Source of the DNA: Eledone cirrhosa
Taxonomy: Eukaryota
Direction: 5' to 3'
Length of the DNA: 64,000 nucleotides
NCBI GenBank assembly: GCA_964016885.1
Contig: OZ024750.1
Location: forward strand, 42,532,001 to 42,596,000
A program made the translations under genes and the position numbers. The notes under the pieces are model-generated. The model ran no database searches. It was not told the DNA's origin and was given only the letters and a program-made list of their open reading frames with translations. Below are positions 50,779 to 64,000 of this stretch, piece after piece; position 1 is the stretch's first letter; each line of letters opens with the position of its first letter.

Positions 50779-53700
50779 TACATGAACGATGTAACATGGA
50801 GGGACTGAGGGTGCAGCATAAAGTAAATGAGGGTGCAACATGGAGGAAGTGAGGGTGTAATGGTGGGGTGTAGATGAACGATGTAACATGGAGGAACTGG
50901 GGATGTAATGGGGGAGAGTACATGAACAGTGTAACATGGAGGAAGTGGGGGTGTAATGTGGGAGAGTACATGAACGGTATAACATGGAGGAAGTGGGGGT
51001 GTAATGTGGGAGAGTACATGAACAGTGTAACATGGAGGAACTGGGGATGTAAGGGGGAGAGTACATGAACGGTATAACATGGAGGAAGTGGGGTGTAATG
51101 TGGGAGAGTACATGAACGGTATAACATGGAGGAAGTGGGGGTGTAATGTGGGAGAGTACATGAACAGTGTAACATGGCGGAAATGGAGGTGTAATGTGGG
51201 AGAGTACATGAACAGTGTAACATGGAGGAAGTGGAAGTGTAATGTGGGAGAGTACATGAACAGTGTAACATGGAGAAAGTGAGGATGTAATGTGGGAGAG
51301 TACATGAATGGTGTAACATGGAGGAAGTGGGGGTGTAATGTGGGAGAGTACATGAACAGTGTAACATGGAGGAAGTGGAGGTGTAATGTGGGAGAGTACA
51401 TGAACAGTGTAACATGGAGGAAGTGAGGGATGTAATGTGGGAGAGTACATGAATGGTGTAACATGGAGGAAGTGGAGGTGTAATGTGGGAGAGTACATGA
51501 ACAGTGTAACATGGCGGAAATGGAGGTGTAATGTGGGAGAGTACATGAACAGTGTAACATGGAGGAAGTGGAGGTGTAATGTGGGAGAGTACATGAACAG
51601 TGTAACATGGAGGAAGTGAAGGATGTAATGTGGGAGAGTACATGAACGGTGTAACATGGAGGAACTGTGGGTGTAATGTGGGAGAGTACATGAACGGTAT
51701 AACATGGAGGAAGTGGGGGTGTAATGTGGGAGAGTACATGAACAGTGTAACATGGCGGAAATGGAGGTGTAATGTGGGAGAGTACATGAACAGTGTAACA
51801 TGGAGGAAGTGGGGTGTAATGCAGGAGAGTACATGAACAATGTAACGTGGAGGAAGTGGGGGTGTAATGCGGGAGAATACATGAACAATGTAACATGGAG
51901 GAAGTGGAGGTGTAATGTGGGAGAGTACATGAACAGTGTAACATGGAGGAAGTGGGGGTGTAATGCGGGAGAGTACATGGACAATGTAACATGGAGGAAG
52001 TGGAGGTGTAATGTGGGAGAGTACATGAACAATGTAACATGGAGGAAGTGGGGTGTAATGTGGGAGAGTACATGAACAGTGTAACATGGAGGAAGTGGGG
52101 GTGTAATGCGGGAGAGTACATGGACAATGTAACATGGAGGAAGTGGAGGTGTAATGTGGGAGAGTACATGAACAATGTAACATGGAGGAAGTGGGGTGTA
52201 ATGTGGGAGAGTACATGAACAGTGTAAGATGGAAGAAGTGGGGGTGTAATGTGGGAGAGTACATGGACAATGTAACATGGAGGAAGTGGAGGTGTAATGT
52301 GGGAGAGTACATGAACAATGTAACATGGAGGAAGTGGGGTGTAATGTGGGAGAGTACATGAACAGTGTAACATGGAGGAAGTGGGGTGTAATGTGGGAGA
52401 GTACATGAACAGTGTAACATGGAGGAAGTGGGGGGGGGGTAATGCGGGAGAGTACATGAACAGTGTAACATGGAGAAAGTGGAGGTGTAATGTGGGAGAG
52501 TACATGAACAGTGTAACATGGAGGAAGTGGAGGTGTAATGCGGGAGAGTACATGAACAGTGTAACATGGAGGAAGTGGGGGTGTAATGTGGGAGAGTACA
52601 TGAACAATGTAACATGGAGGAAGTGGGGGTGTAATGCGGGAGAGTACATGAACAATGTAACATGGAGGAAGTGGAGGTGTAATGTGGGAGAGTACATGAA
52701 CAATGTAACATGGAGGAAGTGGAGGTGTAATGTGGGAGAGTACATGAACAATGTAACATGGAGGAAGTGGAGGTGTAATGTGGGAGAGTACATTAACAAT
52801 GTAACATGGAGGAAGTGGGGGAGTAATGCGGGAGAGTACATGAACAATGTAACATGGAGGAAGTGGAGGTGTAACGCGGGAGAGTACATTAACAATGTAA
52901 CATGGAGGAAGTGGAGGTGTAATGCGGGAGAGTACATGAACAGTGTAAGATGGAGGAAGTGGAGGTGTAATGTGGGAGAGTACATGAACAGTGTAACATG
53001 GAGGAAGTGAAGGATGTAATGTGGGAGAGTACATGAACGGTGTAACATGGAGGAACTGAGGGTGTAATGTGGGAGAGTACATGAACGGTATAACATGGAG
53101 GAAGTGGGGGTGTAATGTGGGAGAGTACATGAACAATGTAACATGGAGGAAGTGGAGGTGTAATGTGGGAGAGTACATGCATGGTGTAACATGGAAGAAG
53201 TGGAGGTGTAATGCGGGAGAGTACATGAACAGTGTAACATGGAGGAAGTGGGGGTGTAATGTGGGAGAGTACATGAACAATGTAACATGGAGGAAGTGGG
53301 GGTGTAATGCGGGAGAGTACATGAACAATGTAACATGGAGGAAGTGGAGGTGTAATGTGGGAGAGTACATGAATAATGTAACATGGAGGAAGTGGGGGTG
53401 TAATGTGGGAGAGTACATGAATAGTGTAACATGGAGGAAGTGGAGGTGTAATGCGGGAGAGTACATGAACAATGTAACATGGAGGAAGTGGGGGTGTAAT
53501 GCGGGAGAGTACATGAACAGTGTAACATGGAGGAAGTGGAGGTGTAATGCGGGAGAGTACATGAACAATGTAACATGGAGGAAGTGGAGGTGTAATGTGG
53601 GAGAGTACATGAACAATGTAACATGGAGGAAGTGGAGGTGTAATGTGGGAGAGTACATGAACAGTGTAACATGGAGGAAGTGGGGGTGTAATGTGGGAGA

Positions 53701-56700
53701 GTACATGAACAGTGTAACATGGAGGAAGTGGAGGTGTAATGTGGGAGAGTACATGCATGGTGTAACATGGAGGAAGTGGGGGTGTAATGCGGGAGAGTAC
53801 GTTAACAATGTAACATGGAGGAAGTGGGGGTGTAATGCGGGAGAGTACATGAACAATGTAACATGGAGGAAGTGGAGGTGTAATGTGGGAGAGTACATGA
53901 ACAATGTAACATGGAGGAAGTGGAGGTGTAATGTGGGAGAGTACATGAACAATGTAACATGGAGGAAGTGGAGGTGTAATGTGGGAGAGTACATTAACAA
54001 TGTAACATGGAGGAAGTGGGGGTGTAATGCGGGAGAGTACATGAACAATATAACATGGAGGAAGTGGAGGTGTAATGCGGGAGAGTACATTAACAATGTA
54101 ACATGGAGGAAGTGGGGGTGTAATGCGGGAGATTACATGAACAATGTAACATGGAGGAAGTGGAGGTGTAGTGTGGGAGAGTACATGCATGGTGTAACAT
54201 GGAGTAAGTGAAGGATGTAATGTGGGAGAGTATATGAACGGTGTAACATGGAGGAACTGTGGATGTAAAGTAGGAGAGTACATGAACGGTATAACATGGA
54301 GGAAGTGGGGGTGTAATGTGGGAGAGTACATGAACAATGTAACATGGAGGAAGTGGCGGTGTAATGCGGGAGAGTACATGAACAGGGTAACATGGAGGAA
54401 GTGGAGGTGTAATGCGGGAGAGTACATGCACAATGTAACATGGAGGAAATGGAGGTGTAATGTGGGAGAGTACATGAACAATGTAACATGGAGGAAGTGG
54501 GGGTGTAATGCGGGAGAGTACATGAACAATGTAACATGGAGGAAGTGAGGGTGTAATGCGGGAGAGTACATGAACAATGTAACATGGAGGAAGTGGGGGT
54601 GTAATGTGGGAGAGTACATGAACAATGTAACATGGAGGAAGTGGAGGTGTAGTGTGGGAGAGTACATGCATGGTGTAACATGGAGGAAGTGGAGGTGTAA
54701 TGTGGGAGAGTACATGAACAGTGTAACATGGAGGTAGTGGGGGTTTAATGCGGGAGAGTACATGAACAATGTAACATGGAGGAAGTGGGGGTGTAATGCG
54801 GGAGAGTACATGAACAGTGTAACATGGAGGAAGTGGAGGTGTAATGTGGGAGAGTACATGTCTGGTGTAACATGGAGAAAGTGGGGGTGTAATGCGGGAG
54901 AGTACATGAACAATGTAACATGGAGGAAGTGGAGGTGTAATGTGGGAGAGTACATGAACAATGTAACATGGAGGAAGTGGAGGTGTAATGTGGGAGAGTA
55001 CATGAACAGTGTAACATGGAGGTAGTGGGGGTGTAAGGCGGGAGAGTACATGAACAGTGTAACATGGAGGAAGTGGAGGTGTAATGCGGGAGAGTACATG
55101 AACAGTGTAACATGGAGTAAGTGGGGGTGTAATGCGGGAGAGTACATGAACAATGTAACATGGAGGAAGTGGTGGTGTAATGTGGGAGAGTACATGAATA
55201 ATGTAACATGGAGGAAGTGGGGGTGTAATGTGGGAGAGTACATGAATAGTGTAACATGGAGGAAGTGGAGGTGTAATGCGGGAGAGTACATGAACAATGT
55301 AACATGGAGGAAGTGGGGGTGTAATGCGGGAGAGTACATGAACAGTGTAACATGGAGGAAGTGGAGGTGTAATGCGGGAGAGTACATGAACAATGTAACA
55401 TGGAGGAAGTGGAGGTGTAATGTGGGAGAGTACATGAACAGTGTAACATGGAGGAAGTGGGGGTGTAATGTGGGAGAGTACATGAACAGTGTAACATGGA
55501 GGAAGTGGATGTGTAATGTGGGAGAGTACATGCATGGTGTAACATGGAGGAAGTGGAGGTGTAATGTGGGAGAGTACATGAACAGTGTAACATGGAGGAA
55601 GTGGAGGTGTAATGCGGGAGAGTACATGAACAATGTAACATGGAGGAAGTGGGGGTGTAATGCGGGAGAGTACATGAACAGTGTAACATGGAGGAAGTGG
55701 AGGTGTAATGCGGGAGAGTACATGAACGGTGTAACATGGAGGAACTGTGGGTGTAATGTGGGAGAGTACATGAACGATATAACATGGAGGAAGTGGGGGT
55801 GTAATGTGGGAGAGTACATGAACAATGTAACATGGAGGAAGTGGAGGTGTAATGTGGGAGAGTACATGAATAGTGTAACATGGAGGAAGTGGAGGTGTAA
55901 TGCGGGAGAGTACATGAACAGTGTAACATGGAGGAAGTGGGGGTGTAATGTGGGAGAGTACATGAACAATGTAACATGGAGGAAGTGGAGGTGTAATGTG
56001 GGAGAGTACATGAACAGTGTAACATGGAGGAAGTGGAGGTGTAATGCGGGAGAGTACATGAACAGTGTAACATGGAGGTAGTGGGTGTGTAATGCGGGAG
56101 AGTACATGAAGAATGTAACATGGAGGAAGTGGGGGTGTAATGCGGGAGAGTACATGAACAATGTAACATGGAGGAAGTGGAGGTGTAATGTGGGAGAGTA
56201 CATGAACAGTGTAACATGGAGGAAGTGGGGGTGTAATGTGGGAGAGTACATGAACAATGTAACATGGAGGAAGTGGAGGTGTAATGTGGGAGAGTACATG
56301 CATGGTGTAACATGGAGGAAGTGGAGGTGTAATGTGGGAGAGTACATGAACAGTGTAACATGGAGGTAGTGGGTGTGTAATGCGGGAGAGTACATGAAGA
56401 ATGTAACATGGAGGAAGTGGGGGTGTAATGCGGGAGAGTACATGAACAATGTAACATGGAGGAAGTGGAGGTGTAATGTGGGAGAGTACATGCCTGGTGT
56501 AGCATGGAGGAAGTGGGGGTGTAATGCGGGAGAGTACATGAACAATGTAACATGGAGGAAGTGGAGGTGTAATGTGGGAGAGTACATGAACAGTGTAACA
56601 TGGAGGAAGTGGGGGTGTAATGTGGGAGAGTACATGAACAGTGTAACATGGAGGAAGTGGATGTGTAATGTGGGAGAGTACATGCATGGTGTAACATGGA

Positions 56701-59700
56701 GGAAGTGGAGGTGTAATGTGGGAGAGTACATGAACAGTGTAACATGGAGGAAGTGGAGGTGTAATGCGGGAGAGTACATGAACAATGTAACATGGAGGAA
56801 GTGGGGGTGTAATGTGGGAGAGTACATGAACAGTGTAACATGAAGGTAGTGGGGGTGTAATGCGGGAGAGTACATGAACAGTGTAACATGGAGGAAGTGG
56901 AGGTGTAATGCGGGAGAGTACATGAACAGTGTAACATGGAGTAAGTGGGGGTGTAATGCGGGAGAGTACATGAACAATGTAACATGGAGGAAGTGGAGGT
57001 GTAATGTGGGAGAGTACATGAATAATGTAACATGGAGGAAGTGGGGGTGTAATGTGGGAGAGTACATGAATAGTGTAACATGGAGGAAGTGGAGGTGTAA
57101 TGCGGGAGAGTACATGAACAATGTAACATGGAGGAAGTGGGGGTGTAATGCGGGAGAGTACATGAACAGTGTAACATGGAGGAAGTGGAGGTGTAATGCG
57201 GGAGAGTACATGAACAATGTAACATGGAGGAAGTGGAGGTGTAATGTGGGAGAGTACATGAACAATGTAACATGGAGGAAGTGGGGGTGTAATGTGGGAG
57301 AGTACATGAACAGTGTAACATGGAGGAAGTGGGGGTGTAATGTGGGAGAGTACATGAACAGTGTAACATGGAGGAAGTGGATGTGTAATGTGGGAGAGTA
57401 CATGCATGGTGTAACATGGAGGAAGTGGAGGTGTAATGTGGGAGTGTACATGAACAGTGTAACATGGAGGAAGTGGAGGTGTAATGCGGGAGAGTACATG
57501 AACAATGTAACATGGAGGAAGTGGGGGTGTAATGCGGGAGAGTACATGAACAGTGTAACATGGAGGAAGTGGAGGTGTAATGCGGGAGAGTACATGAACG
57601 GTGTAACATGGAGGAACTGTGGGTGTAATGTGGGAGAGTACATGAACGATATAACATGGAGGAAGTGGGGGTGTAATGTGGGAGAGTACATGAACAATGT
57701 AACATGGAGGAAGTGGAGGTGTAATGTGGGAGAGTACATGAACAGTGTAACATGGAGGAAGTGGAGGTGTAATGCGGGAGAGTACATGAACAGTGTAACA
57801 TGGAGGAAGTGGGGGTGTAATGTGGGAGAGTACATGAACAATGTAACATGGAGGAAGTGGAGGTGTAATGTGGGAGAATACATGAACAGTGTAACATGGA
57901 GGAAGTGGAGGTGTAATGCGGGAGAGTACATGAACAGTGTAACATGGAGGAAGTGGGGGTGTAATGTGGGAGAGTACATGAACAATGTAACATGGAGGAA
58001 GTGGAGGTGTAATGTGGGAGAGTACATGAACAGTGTAACATGGAGGAAGTGGAAGTGTAATGTGGGAGAGTACATGAACAGTGTAACATGGAGGAAGTGG
58101 AGGTGTAATGCGGGAGAGTACATGAACAGTGTAACATGGAGTAAGTGGGGGTGTAATGCGGGAGAGTACATGAACAATGTAACATGGAGGAAGTGGTGGT
58201 GTAATGTGGGAGAGTACATGAATAATGTAACATGGAGGAAGTGGGGGTGTAATGTGGGAGAGTACATGAATAGTGTAACATGGAGGAAGTGGAGGTGTAA
58301 TGCGGGAGAGTACATGAACAATGTAACATGGAGGAAGTGGGGGTGTAATGCGGGAGAGTACATGAACAGTGTAACATGGAGGAAGTGGAGGTGTAATGCG
58401 GGAGAGTACATGAACAATGTAACATGGAGGAAGTGGAGGTGTAATGTGGGAGAGTACATGAACAGTGTAACATGGAGGAAGTGGGGGTGTAATGTGGGAG
58501 AGTACATGAACAGTGTAACATGGAGGAAGTGGATGTGTAATGTGGGAGAGTACATGCATGGTGTAACATGGAGGAAGTGGAGGTGTAATGTGGGAGAGTA
58601 CATGAACAGTGTAACATGGAGGAAGTGGAGGTGTAATGCGGGAGAGTACATGAACAATGTAACATGGAGGAAGTGGGGGTGTAATGCGGGAGAGTACATG
58701 AACAGTGTAACATGGAGGAAGTGGAGGTGTAATGCGGGAGAGTACATGAACGGTGTAACATGGAGGAACTGTGGGTGTAATGTGGGAGAGTACATGAACG
58801 ATATAACATGGAGGAAGTGGGGGTGTAATGTGGGAGAGTACATGAACAATGTAACATGGAGGAAGTGGAGGTGTAATGTGGGAGAGTACATGAACAGTGT
58901 AACATGGAGGAAGTGGAGGTGTAATGCGGGAGAGTACATGAACAGTGTAACATGGAGGAAGTGGGGGTGTAATGTGGGAGAGTACATGAACAATGTAACA
59001 TGGAGGAAGTGGAGGTGTAATGTGGGAGAGTACATGAACAGTGTAACATGGAGGAAGTGGAGGTGTAATGCGGGAGAGTACATGAACAGTGTAACATGGA
59101 GGAAGTGGGGGTGTAATGTGGGAGAGTACATGAACAATGTAACATGGAGGAAGTGGGGGTGTAATGCGGGAGAGTACATGAACAATGTAACATGGAGGAA
59201 GTGGGGGTATAATGTGGGAGAGTATATGAACGATATAACATGGAGGAAGTGGGGGTGTAATGTGGGAGAGTACATGAACAATGTAACATGGAGGAAGTGG
59301 GGGTGTAATGCGGGAGAGTACATGAACAATGTAACATGGAGGAAGTGAGGGTGTAATGCGGGAGAGTACATGAACAATGTAACATGGAGGAAGTGGGGGT
59401 GTAATGTGGGAGAGTACATGAACAATGTAACATGGAGGAAGTGGAGGTGTAATGTGGGAGAGTACATGCATGGTGTAACATGGAGGAAGTGGAGGTGTAA
59501 TGTGGGAGAGTACATGAACAATGTAACATGGAGGAAGTGGAGGTGTAATGTGGGAGAGTACATGCATGGTGTAACATGGAGGAAGTGGAGGTGTAATGTG
59601 GGAGAGTACATGAACAGTGTAACATGGAGGTAGTGGGTGTGTAATGCGGGAGAGTACATGAAGAATGTAACATGGAGGAAGTGGGGGTGTAATGCGGGAG

Positions 59701-62700
59701 AGTACATGAACAATGTAACATGGAGGAAGTGGAGGTGTAATGTGGGAGAGTACATGCCTGGTGTAACATGGAGGAAGTGGGGGTGTAATGCGGGAGAGTA
59801 CATGAACAATGTAACATGGAGGAAGTGGAGGTGTAATGTGGGAGAGTACATGAACAGTGTAACATGGAGGAAGTGGGGGTGTAATGTGGGAGAGTACATG
59901 AACAGTGTAACATGGAGGAAGTGGATGTGTAATGTGGGAGAGTACATGCATGGTGTAACATGGAGGAAGTGGAGGTGTAATGTGGGAGAGTACATGAACA
60001 GTGTAACATGGAGGAAGTGGAGGTGTAATGCGGGAGAGTACATGAACAATGTAACATGGAGGAAGTGGGGGTGTAATGTGGGAGAGTACATGAACAGTGT
60101 AACATGGAGGTAGTGGGGGTGTAATGCGGGAGAGTACATGAACAGTGTAACATGGAGGAAGTGGAGGTGTAATGCGGGAGAGTACATGAACAGTGTAACA
60201 TGGAGTAAGTGGGGGTGTAATGCGGGAGAGTACATGAACAATGTAACATGGAGGAAGTGGAGGTGTAATGTGGGAGAGTACATGAATAATGTAACATGGA
60301 GGAAGTGGGGGTGTAATGTGGGAGAGTACATGAATAGTGTAACATGGAGGAAGTGGAGGTGTAATGCGGGAGAGTACATGAACAATGTAACATGGAGGAA
60401 GTGGGGGTGTAATGCGGGAGAGTACATGAACAGTGTAACATGGAGGAAGTGGAGGTGTAATGCGGGAGAGTACATGAACAATGTAACATGGAGGAAGTGG
60501 AGGTGTAATGTGGGAGAGTACATGAACAATGTAACATGGAGGAAGTGGGGGTGTAATGTGGGAGAGTACATGAACAGTGTAACATGGAGGAAGTGGGGGT
60601 GTAATGTGGGAGAGTACATGAACAGTGTAACATGGAGGAAGTGGATGTGTAATGTGGGAGAGTACATGCATGGTGTAACATGGAGGAAGTGGAGGTGTAA
60701 TGTGGGAGTGTACATGAACAGTGTAACATGGAGGAAGTGGAGGTGTAATGCGGGAGAGTACATGAACAATGTAACATGGAGGAAGTGGGGGTGTAATGCG
60801 GGAGAGTACATGAACAGTGTAACATGGAGGAAGTGGAGGTGTAATGCGGGAGAGTACATGAACGGTGTAACATGGAGGAACTGTGGGTGTAATGTGGGAG
60901 AGTACATGAACGATATAACATGGAGGAAGTGGGGGTGTAATGTGGGAGAGTACATGAACAATGTAACATGGAGGAAGTGGAGGTGTAATGTGGGAGAGTA
61001 CATGAACAGTGTAACATGGAGGAAGTGGAGGTGTAATGCGGGAGAGTACATGAACAGTGTAACATGGAGGAAGTGGGGGTGTAATGTGGGAGAGTACATG
61101 AACAATGTAACATGGAGGAAGTGGAGGTGTAATGTGGGAGAATACATGAACAGTGTAACATGGAGGAAGTGGAGGTGTAATGCGGGAGAGTACATGAACA
61201 GTGTAACATGGAGGAAGTGGGGGTGTAATGTGGGAGAGTACATGAACAATGTAACATGGAGGAAGTGGGGGTGTAATGCGGGAGAGTACATGAACAATGT
61301 AACATGGAGGAAGTGGGGGTATAATGTGGGAGAGTACATGAACGATATAACATGGAGGAAGTGGGGGTGTAATGTGGGAGAGTACATGAACAATGTAACA
61401 TGGAGGAAGTGGGGGTGTAATGCGGGAGAGTACATGAACAATGTAACATGGAGGAAGTGAGGGTGTAATGCGGGAGAGTACATGAACAATGTAACATGGA
61501 GGAAGTGGGGGTGTAATGTGGGAGAGTACATGAACAATGTAACATGGAGGAAGTGGAGGTGTAATGTAGGAGAGTACATGCATGGTGTAACATGGAGGAA
61601 GTGGAGGTGTAATGTGGGAGAGTACATGAACAGTGTAACATGGAGGTAGTGGGGGTGTAATGCGGGAGAGTACATGAAGAATGTAACATGGAGGAAGTGG
61701 GGGTGTAATGCGGGAGAGTACATGAACAGTGTAACATGGAGGAAGTGGAGGTGTAATGTGGGAGAGTACATGCCTGGTGTAACATGGAGGAAGTGGGGGT
61801 GTAATGCGGGAGAGTACATGAACAATGTAACATGGAGGAAGTGGCGGTGTAATGTGGGAGAGTACATGAACAATGTAACATGGAGGAAGTGGAGGTGTAA
61901 TGTGGGAGAGTACATGAACAGTGTAACATGGAGGAAGTGGAGGTGTAATGTGGGAGAGTACATGCATGGTGTAACATGGAGGAAGTGGAGGTGTAATGCG
62001 GGAGAGTACATGAACAGTGTAACGTGGAGTAAGTGGGGGTGTAATGCGGGAGAGTACATGAACAATGTAACATGGAGGAAGTGGAGGTGTAATGTGGGAG
62101 AGTACATGAACAATGTAACATGGAGGAAGTGGGGGTGTAATGTGGGAGAGTACATGAACAGTGTAACATGGAGGAAGTGGAGGTGTAATGCGGGAGAGTA
62201 CATGAACAATGTAACATGGAGGAAGTGGGGGTGTAATGCGGGAGAGTACATGAACAGTGTAACATGGAGGAAGTGGAGGTGTAATGCGGGAGAGTACATG
62301 AACAATGTAACATGGAGGAAGTGGAGGTGTAATGTGGGAGAGTACATGAACAATGTAACATGGAAGAAGTGGAGATGTAATGTGGGAGAGTACATGAACA
62401 GTGTAACATGGAGGAAGTGGGGGTGTAATGTGGGAGAGTACATGAACAGTGTAACATGGAGGAAGTGGAGGTGTAATGTGGGAGAGTACATGCATGGTGT
62501 AACATGGAGGAAGTGGAGGTGTAATGTGGGAGAGTACATGAACAGTGTAACATGGACGAAGTGGAGGAAGTGAGGGATGTAATGTTGGAGAGTACATGAA
62601 CATTGTAACATGGAGGAAGTGGGGGTGTAATGTGGGAGAGTACATGCCTGGTGTGAAGGGGTAATGTGGGAGAGTACATGAACAGTGTAACATGGAGGAT

Positions 62701-62755
62701 GTGGGGGTGTAATGTGGGAGAGTACATGCATGGTGTAACATGGAGGAAGTGGGGG
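50779..62755. repeat. 48-bp G-rich minisatellite, ~250 units, with higher-order duplication
   Basis: Unit gtaatg(t/c)gggagagtacatgaaca(a/g)tgtaacatggaggaagtgg(a/g)ggt. Rare variants recur at 3264-bp spacing. Confidence 0.97.
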
Positions 62756-62871
62756 AAAGACTAAACACATGAGGCATGAGATACAGTGTAGAACAAGAGA
62801 GAAGATTTATACTGAAGTTGTATAATGGTCTTACTGCTCTTAAATAGTAACATCTCAGCTATGTATGTGTG

Positions 62872-62905
<34 letters not shown>

Positions 62906-62910
62906 TGTAT

Positions 62911-63548
62911 GTCAGGTCACCAGTTGGTGCTACTGGTAACATGTATCCCAGTACAACCTGTCCCATTTTCGGGTCGTTGGCGACTAAACTGGCAACCCCA
63001 CCAAGGTTTCTTGGTGAGGAGGGTGACTTTGGACATCCTGCAGGACTAAAAACAAAACCTGTCAAAGGGCAAAGGAGCTCTTAAGAGTCAATGGCCATCC
63101 AAAATCACCGGGAGAGATGACCCCTTTAGCCTTAGTCAAGGCAGAATTCTAGGAGAAGGAAAACTCTGATATAACACCTGCAACCCTGATGGTATCCAAT
63201 GATGTTGACTTGTTCTTCTTTTTGGTAAATATCATCTTGGTTAAGAGAGTGGGACTGGCTTTGTGCAGTGCCTTTGCTCACTATAAAAGCTTCACGGCAC
63301 AGGCATTGCTTTATATCTGGAGATCTCTCTGCACTTGTCATCACATGGGCCCAGCACTATGTGTCAATAATTGTCCTACCATGGGCCTAGCACTATGTGT
63401 CAATAATTGTCACAGGTGTAGTGTTTGTACCAGAGGTTTCAAGTCGCTGGCTGGACTAAAAAGTCACACTCGTTCAGCGCTTCGGTAGGGCTTATCCTAC
63501 ATGGATGTAAAGTAGTGGCCGTACTCGAAAACGAGTTGGCAGCCACCA
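62911..63548 (+). mobile_element. Short non-autonomous RTE-like retroelement between (TGTA)n tracts
   Basis: The 3' part encodes a CSVCTRGFKSLAGLKSH zinc-finger-like remnant resembling RTE C-termini. It ends gtggccgtactcgaaaacgagttggcagccacca then (tgta)n. Confidence 0.55.
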
Positions 63549-63625
63549 TGTATGTATGTATGTATGTATGTATGTATGTATGTATGTATGTATGTATGTA
63601 TGTATATATGTATGTATGTATATAT

Positions 63626-64000
63626 GAGATGACCCCTTAGCCTTTGTCAAGGCAGAATTCTAGGAGAAGGAAAACTCTGATATAACACCTGCAACTCTGA
63701 TGCTATCCAATGATGTTGACTTGTTCTTCTTTTTGGTAAATATCATCTTGGTTAAGAGAGTGGGACTGGCTTTGTGCAGTGCCTTGGCTCACTATAAAAG
63801 CTTCACGCCACAGGCATTGCTTTATATCTGGAGATCTCTCTTCACTTGTCGTCACATGGTACCATGGGCCCAGCACTATGTGTCAATAATTGTCACAAGT
63901 GTAGTGTTTGTACCAGAGTTTTCAAGTCGCTGGCTGGACTAAAAAGTCACACTCATTCAGCGCATCAGTAGGGGTTCTCCTACATGGATATAAAGTAGTG
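63626..64000 (+). mobile_element. Second, 5'-truncated tandem copy of the 62911-63548 element (runs off the window end)
   Basis: Colinear with 63114 onward (gagatgacccct..agcctt.gtcaaggcagaattctagg). Confidence 0.7.

Noticed and set aside
50494-62777. Giant ORFs of up to 3293 aa
   Set aside because: They are translations of a 48-bp tandem unit that lacks stops in all three minus-strand frames. There is no domain, and frames are broken by indels at the array edge.

Overview
AT-rich, repeat-dominated animal genomic DNA. The SINE, MITE and microsatellite content resembles octopus/cephalopod sequence, but that is an inference. No host gene can be supported with confidence. The window contains two near-full-length L1/Tx1-type LINEs (one inside a (TA)n tract, one inside a (TTA)n tract), two 5'-truncated R4/Dong-type RLE retrotransposons in the same (TTA)n tract, tRNA-derived SINEs, TTAA-flanked MITEs, RTE-type fragments, three unrelated 48-bp minisatellites and many microsatellites. 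The main hidden signal is a set of non-coding elements carrying type I hammerhead ribozymes (CUGANGA, stem II, GAAA, palindromic mini stem III, NUH). The largest is a 6.6-kb array of apparently identical 310-bp monomers with 21 hammerheads (10621-17243). A ~472-bp array and several shorter elements share the same back-to-back foldback architecture in or next to TA-rich tracts. This points to a retrozyme / Penelope-type non-autonomous system. All folds were read by eye, and ribozyme activity is untested.
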